NCBI RefSeq assembly: GCF_006345805.1
Contig: NC_043024.1
Coordinates: 4,898,001-4,962,000 of the forward strand
Length of the DNA: 64,000 bases
Direction of reading: 5' to 3'
From: Octopus sinensis
Lineage: Eukaryota
Shown here: positions 49,634 to 64,000 of the stretch, one piece after another
Numbering within the stretch: the stretch's first letter is position 1
Layout of the letters: each line of letters starts with the position of its first letter
Notes under the pieces: generated by a model
The model's database searches: none
Told to the model about the DNA's origin: nothing
What the model saw: only the letters and a program-made list of their open reading frames with translations
Translations under genes and position numbers: made by a program

Positions 49634-52388
49634 ACTAGCAGACATTCCCTGCGTTGCCCGTGTTACATGCAATTGAAGAATTAGACTTTTCTGTAATGAA
49701 CTTGAATACCTATGATTCGAATTTCATCAAAATTGCAGAAATTGTAATCATGACACATGTATCCCATACTACTGATTTTTATGCACAGATTCCAAAATTC
49801 CAGTCTTATAGAACCTGTTAAAAGGATTTTGCTCCTGAAAACTGGAGGTCATGGGGCTCTAAAATCTGTGAGTTACGGCCCCTATTGGGGATGGGTGTTT
49901 TAATGTCAAGCAGAGAAGTTGAATTCTTGAGAATGTATGTAACTTGGGTCTTATATCTATTGTTTGAATTTGTTTGAAGGAGAAATGAAAGTGTCATGTT
50001 TGGAGTTTGCAAATGACCACTATACTGATACGTAACTGGGAAGAATAAATTTACAATCTACAAATGTCTTTGAATAACCAGTCACTCATCTGGGAAGGCC
50101 TTGAAATCAATGTTACCATCTGGGGACTATGTGTGACCCAGTGATAATAAAAAGACTGAAAGGAGGTCTGCAACCAAATAACTTTACTCGACACATTGCA
50201 ACTGAATTAGTGGAGGCAAAGATGCCTCTCATTTACTTAACAATTTATGCACCACATTGTAGAAATCAGAATCTAAGTATATCTCAAAGCAAAGTCTTAC
50301 ACTGTTGTACCATTGAATTACAAATAATGCTCATTTTTTATGCTCGGGTGACCCTACAGCTTCCAAGAGTACAACTGTATTCATCTTTGCTTAGATAAAA
50401 TGAGTAAATTGTGGGTGTTAAGTCCCCATAAAGAGGTCTTTTTAACTTCTAAGAAGATGAAATTTTATTAATATTACTTCATTTGTGTCTAATATGTATG
50501 GTTAAAATTTCATCAACGGCAAAAATATATGAATTGTCATGGGGGTTATGGCCCTTATACATAATTTCCAAATTTCATAAAGATTCCTTCAGTACTTTTA
50601 ACCCTTTCGTTACTATATTTCTGACCAAAATACACCCCTTATGTGTTTCAATTAATTTCTAACATAATCATAAATTTAGTCTGGTTTCATTAAACAACTA
50701 TAACTTTTTTATTCATCAATATATTAACGTGAATTTTGGAAGATAATTTAATGAAATGTTCTCAACCAATTCTATACTATAATTTTTGTCACAGAGTGAC
50801 TCTAATTGCAGGTAGATACAGGTAAATTCCACAAAATATAAAATTATTAAAATTTTGTTCAAACATCGCTATAGAAAATGGGTTATTAGCTAATATTCAA
50901 TTGGGTATACAACAAAATTTTACGATAGAATTTGTTATTCTGGGTAACATTCTGATACCCATAATAATATTTATGGCAAAATAGTCTTAATTTCATTTAA
51001 GGTTATGGGAAACCACTAACTATCCTTTCTTTCGCTTTGTTTACATTTAGCGTAATGGTTCGTTTCCGCCGTAATGATTTCAAATAGGCTCATTCGAAAT
51101 AGTAAAAAGAAATAGTCTAAGGCTTTACTCTTCTGGGAAAGTCTGTGGCTTGGTCCAGTTTCTTCAGAAAAATCACCGAAAGAAACAGTTTTTAAATTTT
51201 CACTCCATTCAGGTGCCAATTCATTTTCTTTATCGCTGTCGGAGCTCTCAGATTCACTGTTTTCACTTTCGGAAAATGAAACATCAGATTCATTATCAAA
51301 TACCACGTGCTTTTTTTTTTTCAGTCATAGAGTTAGATTTATGAAGGTCTTCAGTAGAAAATCCTTCGAATTCTGACTCGCTGCTTGATATAATGAAATT
51401 CGTATCCATTTTTTATCAGAATTACAAATTTTGAAAACACAATAAGAACAAATTTCGGAAAAAAATCTCCCAAAATTCACGGAATTAAAATTACACCAGC
51501 CTCGTCTGGCACCTGTGTCGGTGGCACATAAAAAACACCATCCGAGCGTGGCCGTTTGCCAGCCTCGTCTGGCACCTGTGTCGGTGGCACATAAAATCAC
51601 CCACTACACACTCGGAGTGGTTGGCGTTAGGAAGGGCATCCAGCTGTAGAAACACTGCCAGATCTGACTGGCCTGGTGCAGCCTTCGGGCTCCCCAGGCC
51701 CCAGTTGAACCGTCCAACCCATGCTAGCATGGAAAGTGGACGTTAAACGATGATGATGATGATGATGATTGTTGTACAAAACTGTAGTTGAACTGTTTAC
51801 AAAGTATAATACGTGTTTTCACGAATGTACTAAAGAGATTTGCTCTGATATTCTCATTTAAATATGAATAGGTAAATACGGGCGGGTTTGGGCGGTTTGG
51901 TCACATTAACCAAAATTTTTTCGGGCGGCTTTGAGCGGTTTGGTAACGAAAGGGTTAACCTAGTTTTGGATCATAAAAGAAATGACTAAAATTTGGGAGT
52001 TAAATCCCCCTTTAGAGTGTCTTAGAATCCTTGTGAGAAGTGGAAACTTTGAGAATACTTTTTGATGCCTGTCGATTACCCATGGTTGAATTTTCATCAA
52101 CATCAAAAATTTATGAATTTTCATGGGGGTTCTGCCCCCTTTAAGCCATCTGAAATTCAAACCAAACATATTGCATTATACCCATCCTTATGCATTGAAT
52201 CTAAGTTCCAAATATGATAAGGATCCATTCAGTAATTTTGGTCCATGAAATTGTATGAAACACACAACATTACTCTTCTCCCAAGGCTTGGATTTTGTGT
52301 TCCAAATTTCATTAGGATCGGTGCAGCAGTTTTCAAATGTATAAGTAACACACAAACACATAAAGACATTGACTTTGATATGATAGAT
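49634..52388 (+). mobile_element. Putative non-autonomous Helitron-like element hosting a piggyBac
   Basis: The 5' end reads ACTAGCAGAC...GCGTTGCCCG. The 3' module AATTTCAT..GATCG.TGCAGCAGTTTT...ACACAAACAC...TAGAT is repeated at 56762-56850. Linkage of the two ends is inferred. Confidence 0.45.
50602..51954 (-). mobile_element. Internally deleted piggyBac element
   Basis: TTAA flanks both sides and the 12-bp TIRs are CCCTTTCGTTAC. A transposase N-terminal relic lies at 51016-51306 (acidic stretch, YFFLLF...TAETNHYA). A SINE is inserted at 51495-51770. Confidence 0.85.
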
Positions 52389-52693
52389 ATGAATGTGCAC
52401 ACATACATACATGTATATATATACATGTATGTATGTATGTATTCTATATATATATATATATCTATACACACACTCACAGATAAATTGATAGATACAACTG
52501 AGTGGGCAAAGAAAGATATGAGACACAGCCTAGTGCTTTTTTTTATGTTGATAAGCCTGGTGTTTATCCTGTCAGTTTTGGGGATGTAAATAAACGAACA
52601 GCAGTGATGAAGGTGAAGCATAGAGACAAAAACACATATAAATTTACACACATACATACGATTGATTTCTTTCAGTCTCTGTCTACGAAATCC

Positions 52694-52777
<84 letters not shown>

Positions 52778-53289
52778 CTACAGGAGTAGTTGAAAGCGCT
52801 AATATGAAGTAATAATATGTGATATGTAAATAAATATCTATTTTTACAACCATCCAGCATTCTGAACATCTTTTTTCTTTCATATATATATATATATACA
52901 TACACACATACACAATGATAAATTGATAGATACAACTTAGTTGGCAAACCAAAATATGAGACACTCCCTAGTGCTTTTTTTTATTTTGATAAGCCTGGTA
53001 CTTATTCTATCAGTTTCTTCTTATGAAACCAGTAAGTAATGGGTTTGTAAATAAACAAACAGCAATGATGAGGGAGAAACACAGAGACAAAGACACACAC
53101 ATAGACTTACATATATTCGTACATATATATACGATTGATTTCTTTCAGTTTCTGTCTACAAAATCCACTGACAAGACTTTGGTTGGTCTGAGGCTATAGC
53201 AGAAGACACATGCCAAGTCAACACACCGTATGACTGAACCCAGGACTGTGTGTTTGGGAACCAAATTTGCTACTGTACAGCCACACCTG

Positions 53290-54030
<741 letters not shown>

Positions 54031-54049
54031 GAAATATATCTAAGATATG

Positions 54050-54262
54050 GCAGGAAGAAAATGTGCTTAATGACTGGAAAGAGAGACTCCTCGTAAAATT
54101 GCCAAAAAAAGGTGATTTAAGCTTTTGCGAAAATTATAGAGGGATTATGCTATTATCGGCTCCTGGAAAAGATTTTAACAGGATACTTTTAGAGTGGATG
54201 AGGACAGCAGTTGACAAATTGTTGCATAAAGAATAAGCAGGATTTAGGAAGAACCGTTCAAG
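54050..54262 (+). mobile_element. RTE-type LINE RT fragment
   Basis: [29 protein letters not shown]...AGFRKNRS. Confidence 0.8.
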
Positions 54263-54461
54263 AAGATGATGATGATAATGATGACGACGACGATGATGAT
54301 GATGATGAAGAAGAAGAAGAAAGAGAAGGGAGAATATGAATGAGTGGAAGTAGTGAGGTGTTGCATGACTTAAAGTTTGCACATTATGTGTTATAGCTGT
54401 GATTGGGGCTAATTTTTAATGGAATCTTAGGAATGTAATATTTGCGTGTGTATTTGTGTTA

Positions 54462-56050
54462 TTCTAAAGCCGAGGTGGATATATTGTTTGTCGTAGACCC
54501 GATCAGAAGGGGCCTGTATTTTGTAATAAAGAGAGTTTCTTTACTTATTCGTTGGCTCGAGGTTGTATCGTCTCTGAATTGGTAGAGGGGGAAAATCCTG
54601 AAGCTTGGAGTTTTGTTGTTGGCACAAATATCTATGTGTTGCCTGAATGCTATTTTTCTGTTTTGGGGAATTTTTATCTGGGATCTGTGCAGGGCCATTC
54701 TTTTATGCAAACTATTTTTTGTTTGGCCTACTTATTGCTCTTGACACCCAGAGCAGGTTAGTATGTGTATTAGGTTCTCCGAAGCACATGTGAAGTTGCT
54801 TTTCACTGTAAACCGTTGTCCCTGTTTGAAGGAGAACTCTGATCCCTTAATTAGATAATCGCATATCCCACAATTGGGTCTTCCACATTTTTTTACTGTT
54901 GGCTTCTGTGTTGATGAGCGTATTCGGGCTTGTGTTAGGAGACTTTCCATAGATTTAGGCTGACTCTTGCTTTTTATGATCGTGTGTGTTTAGAGGATTA
55001 TGTTCATTCTGTGGTCTTTTTTTAGGAGGGGTATGTTTTGGAGGATGGTGTCGAAGGCTTCATTGTTGAGAGGTTGTGTGTGGAGATGTATGGTAAGGCT
55101 TTTGGTCGTAAATTTTTCTTTGATTTGGGGTGTCTGAGTTGGAGGGCACGTTAAAATGCATATGTCAATAAGTGAAGGTGGGTAGTTCCTGGTGATAAGG
55201 GTATCTTTTAGTTCTTGTAGTCATATGTCTCTGGTGTTTGCATTCGAAACTATAGTACATATCCTTTTTGCTAGATTGAAGGGGATATTCATTCTGGTGT
55301 GTCTGGGGTGGCATGAATTGAATGGAAGATATTGCTTAGAGTCTGTAGGCTTATAATATATGTCTGTTTCTATTACATTATTAGATTTCTTAATGAGGAT
55401 ATCGAGGAAGGGGAGTTGTTGCTGGCTATATTCCATCGTGAATTGGATGTTTACATCCAGTCCATTTAAAATTGCTTGGAATTCTTTGAGTTTCTCTATA
55501 TTTTCATGCCAAAGAATGAAACAGTCATCTAGACATCACTTCCAGTTGTTTTCTATGTAGAGGGAGAAAGGGCTGCCATATCTTTCTAGAACCTTACAAT
55601 ACAGACTGATTTCTAGATATCCCATGACTAGGTTGGCAAAGGAGGGGGCCATTCGTGTACCCATCGCAGTCCCTGATTTTTGTCAGTAGAAGTTGTCTTT
55701 GAAGGCGAAGAAGTTATTTTCCAGGATGAATTTAACCCCTTCTATCACAAATTCTTTTTTGATGCGATGTGGGAGTTCGTTGGCGTGATTCCCTAGCCAG
55801 AATTGGATCGCCTATTCCTAGGTTGTGGGGTATATTGGAATAGAGGTTGACTACATCGAAGGATACTAGTAGGGTGTTTTTGTTTATAGCATTAGGTAGG
55901 TGATTGAGCATATCCAGGTCGTCCCTTATATAACTTTTGGCATGTTTGAGGAGTGGTTTTAACAGGGTGTCTAAAAAGTTACTGAGGCGGTGGGTTTTGC
56001 ATGCGGGACCTGCTATTATGGGTTTCAGTTTGAGGTCATTAGGAATAGGG
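54462..56050 (-). mobile_element. 5'-truncated Penelope-like element (RT + GIY-YIG endonuclease), degenerate
   Basis: SFDVVNLY, GTAMGTRMAPSFANL, LPFLD and YYKPTDSKQYLPFNSCHP (RT); CGRPNCGIC, FTCASENL and GQT (linker and GIY-YIG). Confidence 0.88.
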
Positions 56051-56929
56051 ACTTTAATTTAATATATATATATATATAATTATATTAATTTTCACCAGAC
56101 ATCCTCCTACACCCTCTTCTACTTAATTATTGGTGGGTTGATGGTATAATCTTATTGATTAATGAATTGATTGACTGATTATTTTTATTTACAGAGAGCT
56201 TAAGAAATATTTCCCCTGGATTACTAAAAATATAGATATTTGAGTGGCCCCTTGGGCAAGTGTCTTCTACTATTTCCTCAGGCTCACGAAAGCCTTGAGT
56301 GGATCGGGTAGATGGAAACAGAAAGGAAGCTCTGTATGTGTGTGTGTGTCTTTGTGTTTGTAGCCTATTACCGTTTAACAACAGGTGTTGGTGTGTTTAT
56401 GTCCTGGTTTTGCCAAAAAGGCCGATAGAATAAAAACTAGGCTGAAAAAAATAAGTAGTAATTATCAGATTTCAAAAAATGTATCCAAACTGACATTTAA
56501 TTTGTTGGCGACTGAAGTAAAATAACTGGTTTCTTCCTTTTGATACCTTTTAGAAGGTTCCAACAATCTGGAATTTTGGAATACGCTTTTGAGCGATCAG
56601 CATCCGGCTTAAATGCCACGGTTTGCCGCAAGCACCGATATTACTGGCACAGATCCCACCTTTATTTTAACAAATTAGCTTGCGGTTTACATGTAGTAGT
56701 AGTAATGATAATGATGATGATGATCATCATCATCATCATCTTCTTCTTCTTCTTCTTCCCTACCAATTTCATTTGGATCGATGCAGCAGTTTTCAAATGT
56801 ATAAGTAACACACGAACACACATAAAGACATTGACTTTTATATAATAGATATGAATATGCATATATACCTAATGTATATATGTGTGTGTATATTATATAT
56901 ATATCATCATCATCAGTTGGGGCTGCGCT

Positions 56930-57310
56930 GGCAACAGCCACGTTCGGATGGATCTCTTACGTGCCACCGGCACTGGTATCACAACTACAATTTCCATTGA
57001 TGTTGATTGATTTCGATTTTGATTTTGATTTTCACTTGCCTCAAAAGGTCTTCACAAGTAGAGTTTTGTGTCCCAAGAAGGAAAGGTATGCATAAGTGGA
57101 CTGGCTACATCCCTGGTATGGTCTCACTTGTTATGGTCTCACTTGTCCTGCTGGGTTTTCTCACGCACAGCATACTTCCAAAGGTCTTGGTCACTAGTCA
57201 TTTCCTCAGTGAGACCTAATGTTCGAAGGTCATGCTTCACCACCTCGTCCCAGGTTTTCCTGGGTCTACTTCTTCCACAGGTTCCCTCAACCGCTAGGGT
57301 GTGGCACTTT
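56930..57310 (-). mobile_element. RTE LINE 3' end fragment
   Basis: GRSRPRKTWDEVVKHDL...DLWKYAV, followed by a 3' UTR with simple-repeat tail. Confidence 0.7.
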
Positions 57311-57508
57311 TTCAATATATATATATATATATATAGGTGCAGGAGTGGCTGTGTGGTAAGTTGCTTGTTTACCAACCACATGGTTCTGGGTTCAGTCCCA
57401 CTGCGTGGTACCTTGGGCAGGTGTCTTCAACTATAGCCTCGGGCCGACAGAAAGTCACACATACATATATACATATGCATACATACCTTCACACATATAC
57501 ACACACGA

Positions 57509-57540
<32 letters not shown>

Positions 57541-58519
57541 GTATACATGCAACAAGCTTCCTTTCAGTTTCCATCTACCAAAACCACTCACAAAGCTTTG
57601 GTCAGTCCGAGGCTACAGTGGAAGACACTCGCCCAACATATATGTATATATATATATATATTATGCATATACATACATACATAAATACACACACATACAT
57701 ACATACATACATACATACATACATAGGCATGGATGTATGGGAAGAAGTATCCTTCTCAACCATATGGTTCCGGGTTCACTTCATGGCACCTTGGGCGAGT
57801 GTCTTCCACTGTAGCCTCGGACTGAATAAAGCTTTGTGAGTGGATTTGGTAGATGGAAACTGAAAGGAAGCTTGTTGCGTGTACACATATATATATATAT
57901 ATGTGTGTGTGTGTGTCTGTAAGTGTGTTCGTGTGTGTGTGTGTGAGTGTGTGTGTATGTATATGTATATGTATGTGTGACTTTCTGTCGGTTCGTCCCT
58001 GGCGTTGCTTTCTTTACATCCATGTAACTTAGCGGTTGAATAATTTACCAGGCTGTAAAAAATAAGTCAATTCATTCGACTAAAATTTCTTGAAGGCGGT
58101 GCCCCAGCATGGACGCAGTCCAATGTCAAAATATACAAAAGATTCATAAAACACAAGTCATTCAAATGAATAATATTAAAGAAATTTTTTTAAATTACGA
58201 AAATTGCTAAACAAATATTTTCAGTTTTGATATGCATATATGTGCGGCAATAACTGCATGTATGTATGTTGGTGCCAGTTGGTTACTGTGTGTGTGTATG
58301 TGTGTGTGTGTGTGTTTTAATGTGGCTCTGAGAAGTCAGCAGCTACAGTGGGTGGGTGTAGCCATGCGTGCCTGTGTGTTTAGATGGACGGATCAATAGG
58401 TAGTTAGAAGGAGTTTGAAGGGTGTGTGGCTGTGTGTGTGTATTGACATGTGTGCACAGACGGAGTGGGAATGTGTGTGTGTGTGTGTGTGTGTGTGTCT
58501 CCCTCTCTTTGTCACTTTG

Positions 58520-59420
58520 TCTCTCTGCGATGCATCGAAGACTATTGGTCTTACTGTCAATATCAAGAAAACTGAGCTTCTGTATATTTTGATGGAAAAA
58601 CATTAAAAACTGTTTCCCCTTTCACTCGTCTTCGATCCATCGTGTCCAATGATGTGAAAATGGATCAAGAAATCGATTCCAGAATCGGGAAATCACAGGC
58701 TATGAAACAACAACAAGGTATCGTAAATGGTGAAAGTTAATGTAAGACGGTTGTCTTGACAACATTGCCTTATGGTGCTGAATCTTGGACTTTGTACCAA
58801 AAGCACATCAACCAGCTTGATGCTTTTCACATGCAATGCGTGCGTACTACCTCCAACATGAAACCGAGCGACCATATTCCTAACAGTGAGGTACGAATGC
58901 AACATATCAGGTATTAAAGTCATCCTCATCAAAATACAGTTCAGATAGTCAGGTCATCTCTCACGTATTCTGAAGCAACTTCTCTTTGGCCATTTCCTGT
59001 CAGGAAAGACAAACTAAAAGACAATCTGAAACGATGCAATGTTCCCTTTTCTTCTTCCTGGGAAACCAAAGCACCACATCGCAAGGACCTAGCATTAGTC
59101 CTGCTTCTTCTAAGGTTTGAGAAAAATCGACTCCAACACCGTGAACAATTTCGTGCAAGCATGAAGGCATGCTGGCAAAACTCTGTTCCTCTAAATAAAA
59201 ATCTTAGCGTCATTGTGGTTTTGTGGCACGAAGCAAAGCAGGCTTTATTGTCCACTCGAGAAAACACATGGTAAGTGATCCAGAAGCACTGAAAGAAGGT
59301 GAGCACTCAACTTGTTTTATTTGCAAGACTCCAGGGGCATCAAGAGAACATTCGCGCCCAAAGAACATGGTTCACAGTTTATTTTACTGAACCTCATTTG
59401 TCGTTCACGACAAGATATCA
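58520..59420 (+). mobile_element. RTE (BovB-like) LINE 3' fragment
   Basis: GLTVNIKKTE, EIDSRIGK, YGAESWTLY, QLDAFH and SGHLSR motifs with frameshifts. Confidence 0.75.
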
Positions 59421-59460
59421 TCTTGTTTGTATATATTTGTATATATATATATATTATATA

Positions 59461-59491
<31 letters not shown>

Positions 59492-59619
59492 CCACACACA
59501 TACATATATAAATATATACATGCATATATATATAATATGTATGTATATATGTATATATATATGCATGTGTATATATTATACACATATATATATATGTATA
59601 TATATATGTATGTATATAT

Positions 59620-59659
<40 letters not shown>

Positions 59660-59958
59660 GTATATGATAACATGTATATATATACTCATATACATATATA
59701 TATGTATGTATATATGTATGCATGTATATATGTATATGTATATATATATATATACACATATATATACCACACACACACATATATATATACATACATACAT
59801 ATATATATATGTATGTATATATGTATATATATATACATATATATATACATGTATATATATATATATATATACATACATACATATATACATACATATATAC
59901 ATACATATATATATATATATGTATGTATAAATGTATGTATATATGTATGTATATATGT

Positions 59959-60011
<53 letters not shown>

Positions 60012-60366
60012 ACACACACACACACACCACTTACGTGCGCAAACACGCGCACTCGCACACATACATACGCGCTCGCAGACACCAGATACGCGCGCACGCA
60101 CACACACACGCACACACATATATTTCCATATCTGTGACTTGTGTTTGTCCCAAGTCACCGCTTCATTTTCGGTTTTGGCTATTTACATCATCGTAACTTA
60201 GCAATTCGACAAAAGGAGAACGAGGGAATGAGTAGCAGTCTGAAGAGAGATGAGCCCAGCCGTCGATGAGTGTGAGTAAACACGTTGATGTGGTGCTCCA
60301 GCATGGCGGTTGCTCAAGAATTGAAACAAGTAAGCGACGGACGATAAAATCTATTTTGTAAGTAAA

Positions 60367-60528
60367 TGGTGTCAAGGGAGAGAACTCTTAAATATAAACC
60401 ATCTATACTTAAGAGTAGTCTCCCTTAAGAGGCTGAATTTAGACAATGGCAGTCAAGCGGTTTCTAGACATTAATTAGGGGAGATAACTCCCATACAATA
60501 TATTTGTGAGTAGTCTCCCTTAACACCA
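60367..60528. repeat. Twin hairpins sharing one stem, inside an outer inverted repeat
   Basis: GGGAGA..ACTC/GAGTAGTCTCCC occurs at 60374-60426 and 60477-60521. The outer pair is TGGTGT(C/T)AAGGG/CCCTTAACACCA. Confidence 0.7.
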
Positions 60529-60724
60529 AACTTTAGGCCAGCGTTATAGTGCAGAGGGTGAGAGATGGAGAGAGACCGACAGACAACAGTCGGACAGACA
60601 CGTAAATCGGTGAGTGAAGGATAGACACATATTCTGTGTCATTCCATAAATAATGCGGGTTTTTTAAAAAAAATTATTTTTCAAAATTAAGATAGGCAGT
60701 GTTTTTTTTTAATCTAAAATTTTC

Positions 60725-60755
<31 letters not shown>

Positions 60756-60876
60756 ATAAGTATATATATATATGTGCGTGTCTATGTATAAATGTGTGTG
60801 TGTGTAAATATATTTATATATATATGTATATGTATACACTCACACATACACACGCATATATATATATATATATATC

Positions 60877-61073
60877 CCGGAGTAAACACATAAATGTGAA
60901 ACAAGGTGGAAAAAAGAGTACTCAAATACCAGTGGTAGAGTAACATGCTTTATTTAAAGCAGCAGAAAATTCAACAAAACCTGTTACTCTGAGTTTCTCG
61001 TTCCCGTTCGTATGTATGTGTGTATGTATCTATGTATGTATATATGTATATATATGCATACATACATTCATAT

Positions 61074-61120
<47 letters not shown>

Positions 61121-61342
61121 TATACATATATATGTATATGTGTGTGTATATATGAATGTATGTATGCATGCATATATATACATACATAGATACATACACA
61201 CATACATACGAACGGGAACGAGAAACTCAGAGTAACAGGTTTTGTTAATTTTTCTGCTGCTTTAAATAAAGCATATTACTCTACCACTGGTATTTGAGTA
61301 CTCTTTTTTCCACCTTGTTTCACATTCATGTGTTTACTCCGG
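60877..61342. repeat. 135-bp inverted repeat around a microsatellite, probably Penelope terminal repeats
   Basis: 60877-61011 is the reverse complement of 61208-61342 with ~4 differences. The inner ends read ACGA-ACGGGAACGA-GAAACTCAGAGTA-ACAGG, a hammerhead core lacking CUG. Confidence 0.75.
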
Positions 61343-61453
61343 TAATATATATATATAATACATATATATATATATATGTATATATGCGTGTGTATACATA
61401 TACATATATATATATATATATTATATTATGCGTGTGTATGTGTGAGTGTATAC

Positions 61454-61518
<65 letters not shown>

Positions 61519-62151
61519 AAACTTACTTGAAGAGGATGCGTGACGTATGTTGTGTGTGTGTGTGTTATATATATGTATGTATTATATATGAATGTAGGGA
61601 GGTATGGAGGTATATACAGTAATGCCTTGATATACAAGTTAATTTGTTCCCAGAGATCGCTCGTAAAGCGAAAACTTGCAAAACGGTGCCATAATTTCCC
61701 ATAATAGCAATGTTATATATCGTTCCCAGAAAAATATTTTATCCATAAAATTTATAATACTCGAAAATAAATGACAATAAAACAACAGCAGAATGTAAAG
61801 AATATTTTATGTAAAGTAAAAAGAATGTTGAGATCATTTATAATAAGAAGTATTATTATTAGAATTGCTTTCTGAATCACTGTCACTCGCATCAGACTCA
61901 CGCACACCATCACTTGAAAATGTGATCACCGATTCACAAGCACTCGTTGACGGACTTGTAGATTTCTTTTTAAAATACAAGTCTAGAATTGTTTGCTTAG
62001 AATTCTCTTTTTCTTTTCACTCTCTATAAATTTCTTGGTAACACACACAAGCATTTGTTACGGTCGAGGTCTCGAAATTTAAGTGCATTTTCTGCAACAC
62101 ATTTTTCTATATATTTCTTTTCCTGCTTGGAAACACCACTCCCTCTTCTGC

Positions 62152-62205
<54 letters not shown>

Positions 62206-62864
62206 GTGTGTGTGTGTGGATGTATGTATGTGTTATGTATGTATGTGTGTGTGCGTGTGTGGGTGTGTATGTATGCATGTATGTATGTACATATGTATGT
62301 ATGTATGTGTGTATATATGTATGTATGCATGTGTGTGTATGTATGTATGTATGTGTGTGTATATGTATGTATGCATTTGTGTATGTATGTATGTATGTAT
62401 ATTCTTTTATTCTTTTATTTGTTTCAGTCCTTTAACTGCGGCCATGCTGTTGCATCGCCTTTATTTGAACAAATCGACCCAGGACTTATTCTTTTGCCGA
62501 ACCGCTAAGTTATGGAGACATAAACATGCCAACATAGGTGTCAGTTCTCACAGGTTGTACGGTGTACACACATACACATACCACATTCACACACATATAT
62601 ATGTGTGTATGTGTGTGTGTGTATACATATACACACATACACATACATGCCTCTTAACCTTCTGAATGCCCTTCCTAATGCCAACCACTCTACAGTGTAC
62701 TGGGTGCTTTTTACGTAGCTCCAGCACCAGTGATTTTTACCTGGTACCAACACCAATGGTTTTTTTATGTGGTACCAAGGTTTTAGGATATTAATTCTGT
62801 GGAGGTGGGCAGGTCATCTTGACTACAGCAATGTACCACATATTTCAGTCTTTTATTATCTCCT

Positions 62865-63100
62865 TCCGGAAGGCGGCGAGCTGGCAGAATCGTTAGCACG
62901 CTGGGCGAAATGCTTAGCGGTATATTCGTCTGCCGTTACATTGTGAGTTCAAATTCCGCCGAGGTCGACTTTGCCTTTCATCCTTTCGGGGTCGATTAAA
63001 TAAGTACCAGTTATGCACTGGGGTCGATATAATCGACTTAATCCCTTTGTCTGTCTTTGTTTGTCCCCTCTATGTTTAACCCCTTGTGGACAATAAAGAA
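62865..63100 (+). mobile_element. tRNA-derived SINE, second family, near full length
   Basis: A-box-like GGCAGAATCGTTAG, B-box GAGTTCAAATTCC, the shared core and an A-rich tail. Confidence 0.78.
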
Positions 63101-63419
63101 ATAAGAAGAGTGAAATGTGTTTCTTTTGACATTCACAATAACAACTAACATATTTTGCATCTGGTTCTCCCCTGATATATTGGGAACAAATATGCAAATA
63201 TTTGTAGTGTCTAATTTTACATCCACTACATCGAATGTGTGTCATCTACCAAATCCACTCACAAGGCTTTCATGAAACCAAGACTATTGTGAAAGACACA
63301 CACCTAAGGTGACATGCAGTGATATGGAACCCAGAACCATGTGGTTGGGAAGAAGGCTTCTTATGACACAGACTACCTTCATTATTCTACAGTTTTGTTA
63401 CAAGTAATCCCTGAAATCA

Positions 63420-63705
63420 ATGTATGTTCATACCAGAGAGAAGCTGTATCATGTTCATATCTGTGGTAAATAATTCTGTTAAAATAGTCACTTGACTAAT
63501 GGCTTCAGACAAGAGAGAAGCCATAACATTACAATATCTGTTGTAATTTATTTTCTGTAAATGGTGTTTTAATTATACATGAATATGTTCATACCAGAGA
63601 GAAGCTATGTCACAGTTATATTTGTGGTAAATCATTCTCTCGTAGACCTAACTTAACTGTATGTCAATGCATTCCTTCAGGAGAGAAGCCATGTCAGTGT
63701 GACAT
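63420..63705 (+). pseudogene. Highly decayed C2H2 finger array relic
   Basis: Repeated CATACCAGAGAGAAGC and TGTGGTAAATCATTCTCT remnants with stops, cut off by a SINE at 63706. Confidence 0.75.
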
Positions 63706-64000
63706 CATCATTATCGTCATCGTTTAACATCCGTTATCCATGCTGGCATGGGTTGGACGGCTCGACTAGGGTCTGGGAGGCCAGGAGGCTGCACCAGGCT
63801 CCAGTCTGATCTGGCAGTGTTTCTACAGCTAGATACCCTTCCTAATGCCAACCACTCCATGAGTGTAGTGGGTGCTTTTTACATGTCACCAACAGAGGAG
63901 GCTGGTAATGGCCACGATCGGTTGGTGCTTTTCACTTGCCACTGACACAGAATCCAGTCAAGGCGGTGCTGTCATCAGCCACATTTGGATGGTGCTTTTT

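Noticed and set aside
56540-56690. Short GC-richer unique-looking stretch
   Set aside because: No motif, structure or splice context was recognised; it is probably a small repeat fragment.
61617-62070. Tigger-like left end TA-CAGTAATGCCTTGATATACAAG
   Set aside because: No convincing right TIR or transposase remnant was found, so the element cannot be delimited.

Overview
This is a repeat-dense, AT-rich eukaryotic window, most likely from an octopus (coleoid cephalopod). That assignment is inferred from the [16 protein letters not shown]-type finger arrays, the tRNA-derived SINEs with (GAT)n tails and the long (TA)n/(CA)n tracts. The backbone is a cluster of paralogous C2H2 zinc-finger gene units with no effector domain. 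Each unit has a CCAAT promoter, a non-coding exon 1, an intron, one coding exon, and a 3' UTR made of decayed fingers. Unit 1 (10 fingers) and a deleted relic lie on +. Unit 2 (17 fingers, with an internal 7-finger duplication), unit 3 (8 fingers, three stops) and unit 4 (a fusion of two paralogues) lie on -. A further finger relic sits near 63.5 kb. The strand switch falls in a nest of Merlin (IS1595-like) transposon relics. Other elements: a Ty3/Gypsy element with a full-length CR1 LINE inside its 5' LTR, a full-length Tx1/L1 element with a ~21-bp TSD, a Merlin MITE with a 9-bp TSD, a piggyBac inside a putative Helitron-like element, Penelope relics with hammerhead-like motifs, and mariner, RTE and SINE fragments. 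The most striking pattern is one ~100-bp site upstream of the ZNF promoter. In different paralogous copies it carries two Gypsy LTR insertions at the same 5 bp in opposite orientations, a Tx1 insertion, and rearrangement breakpoints. All calls are by eye; no database searches were run.
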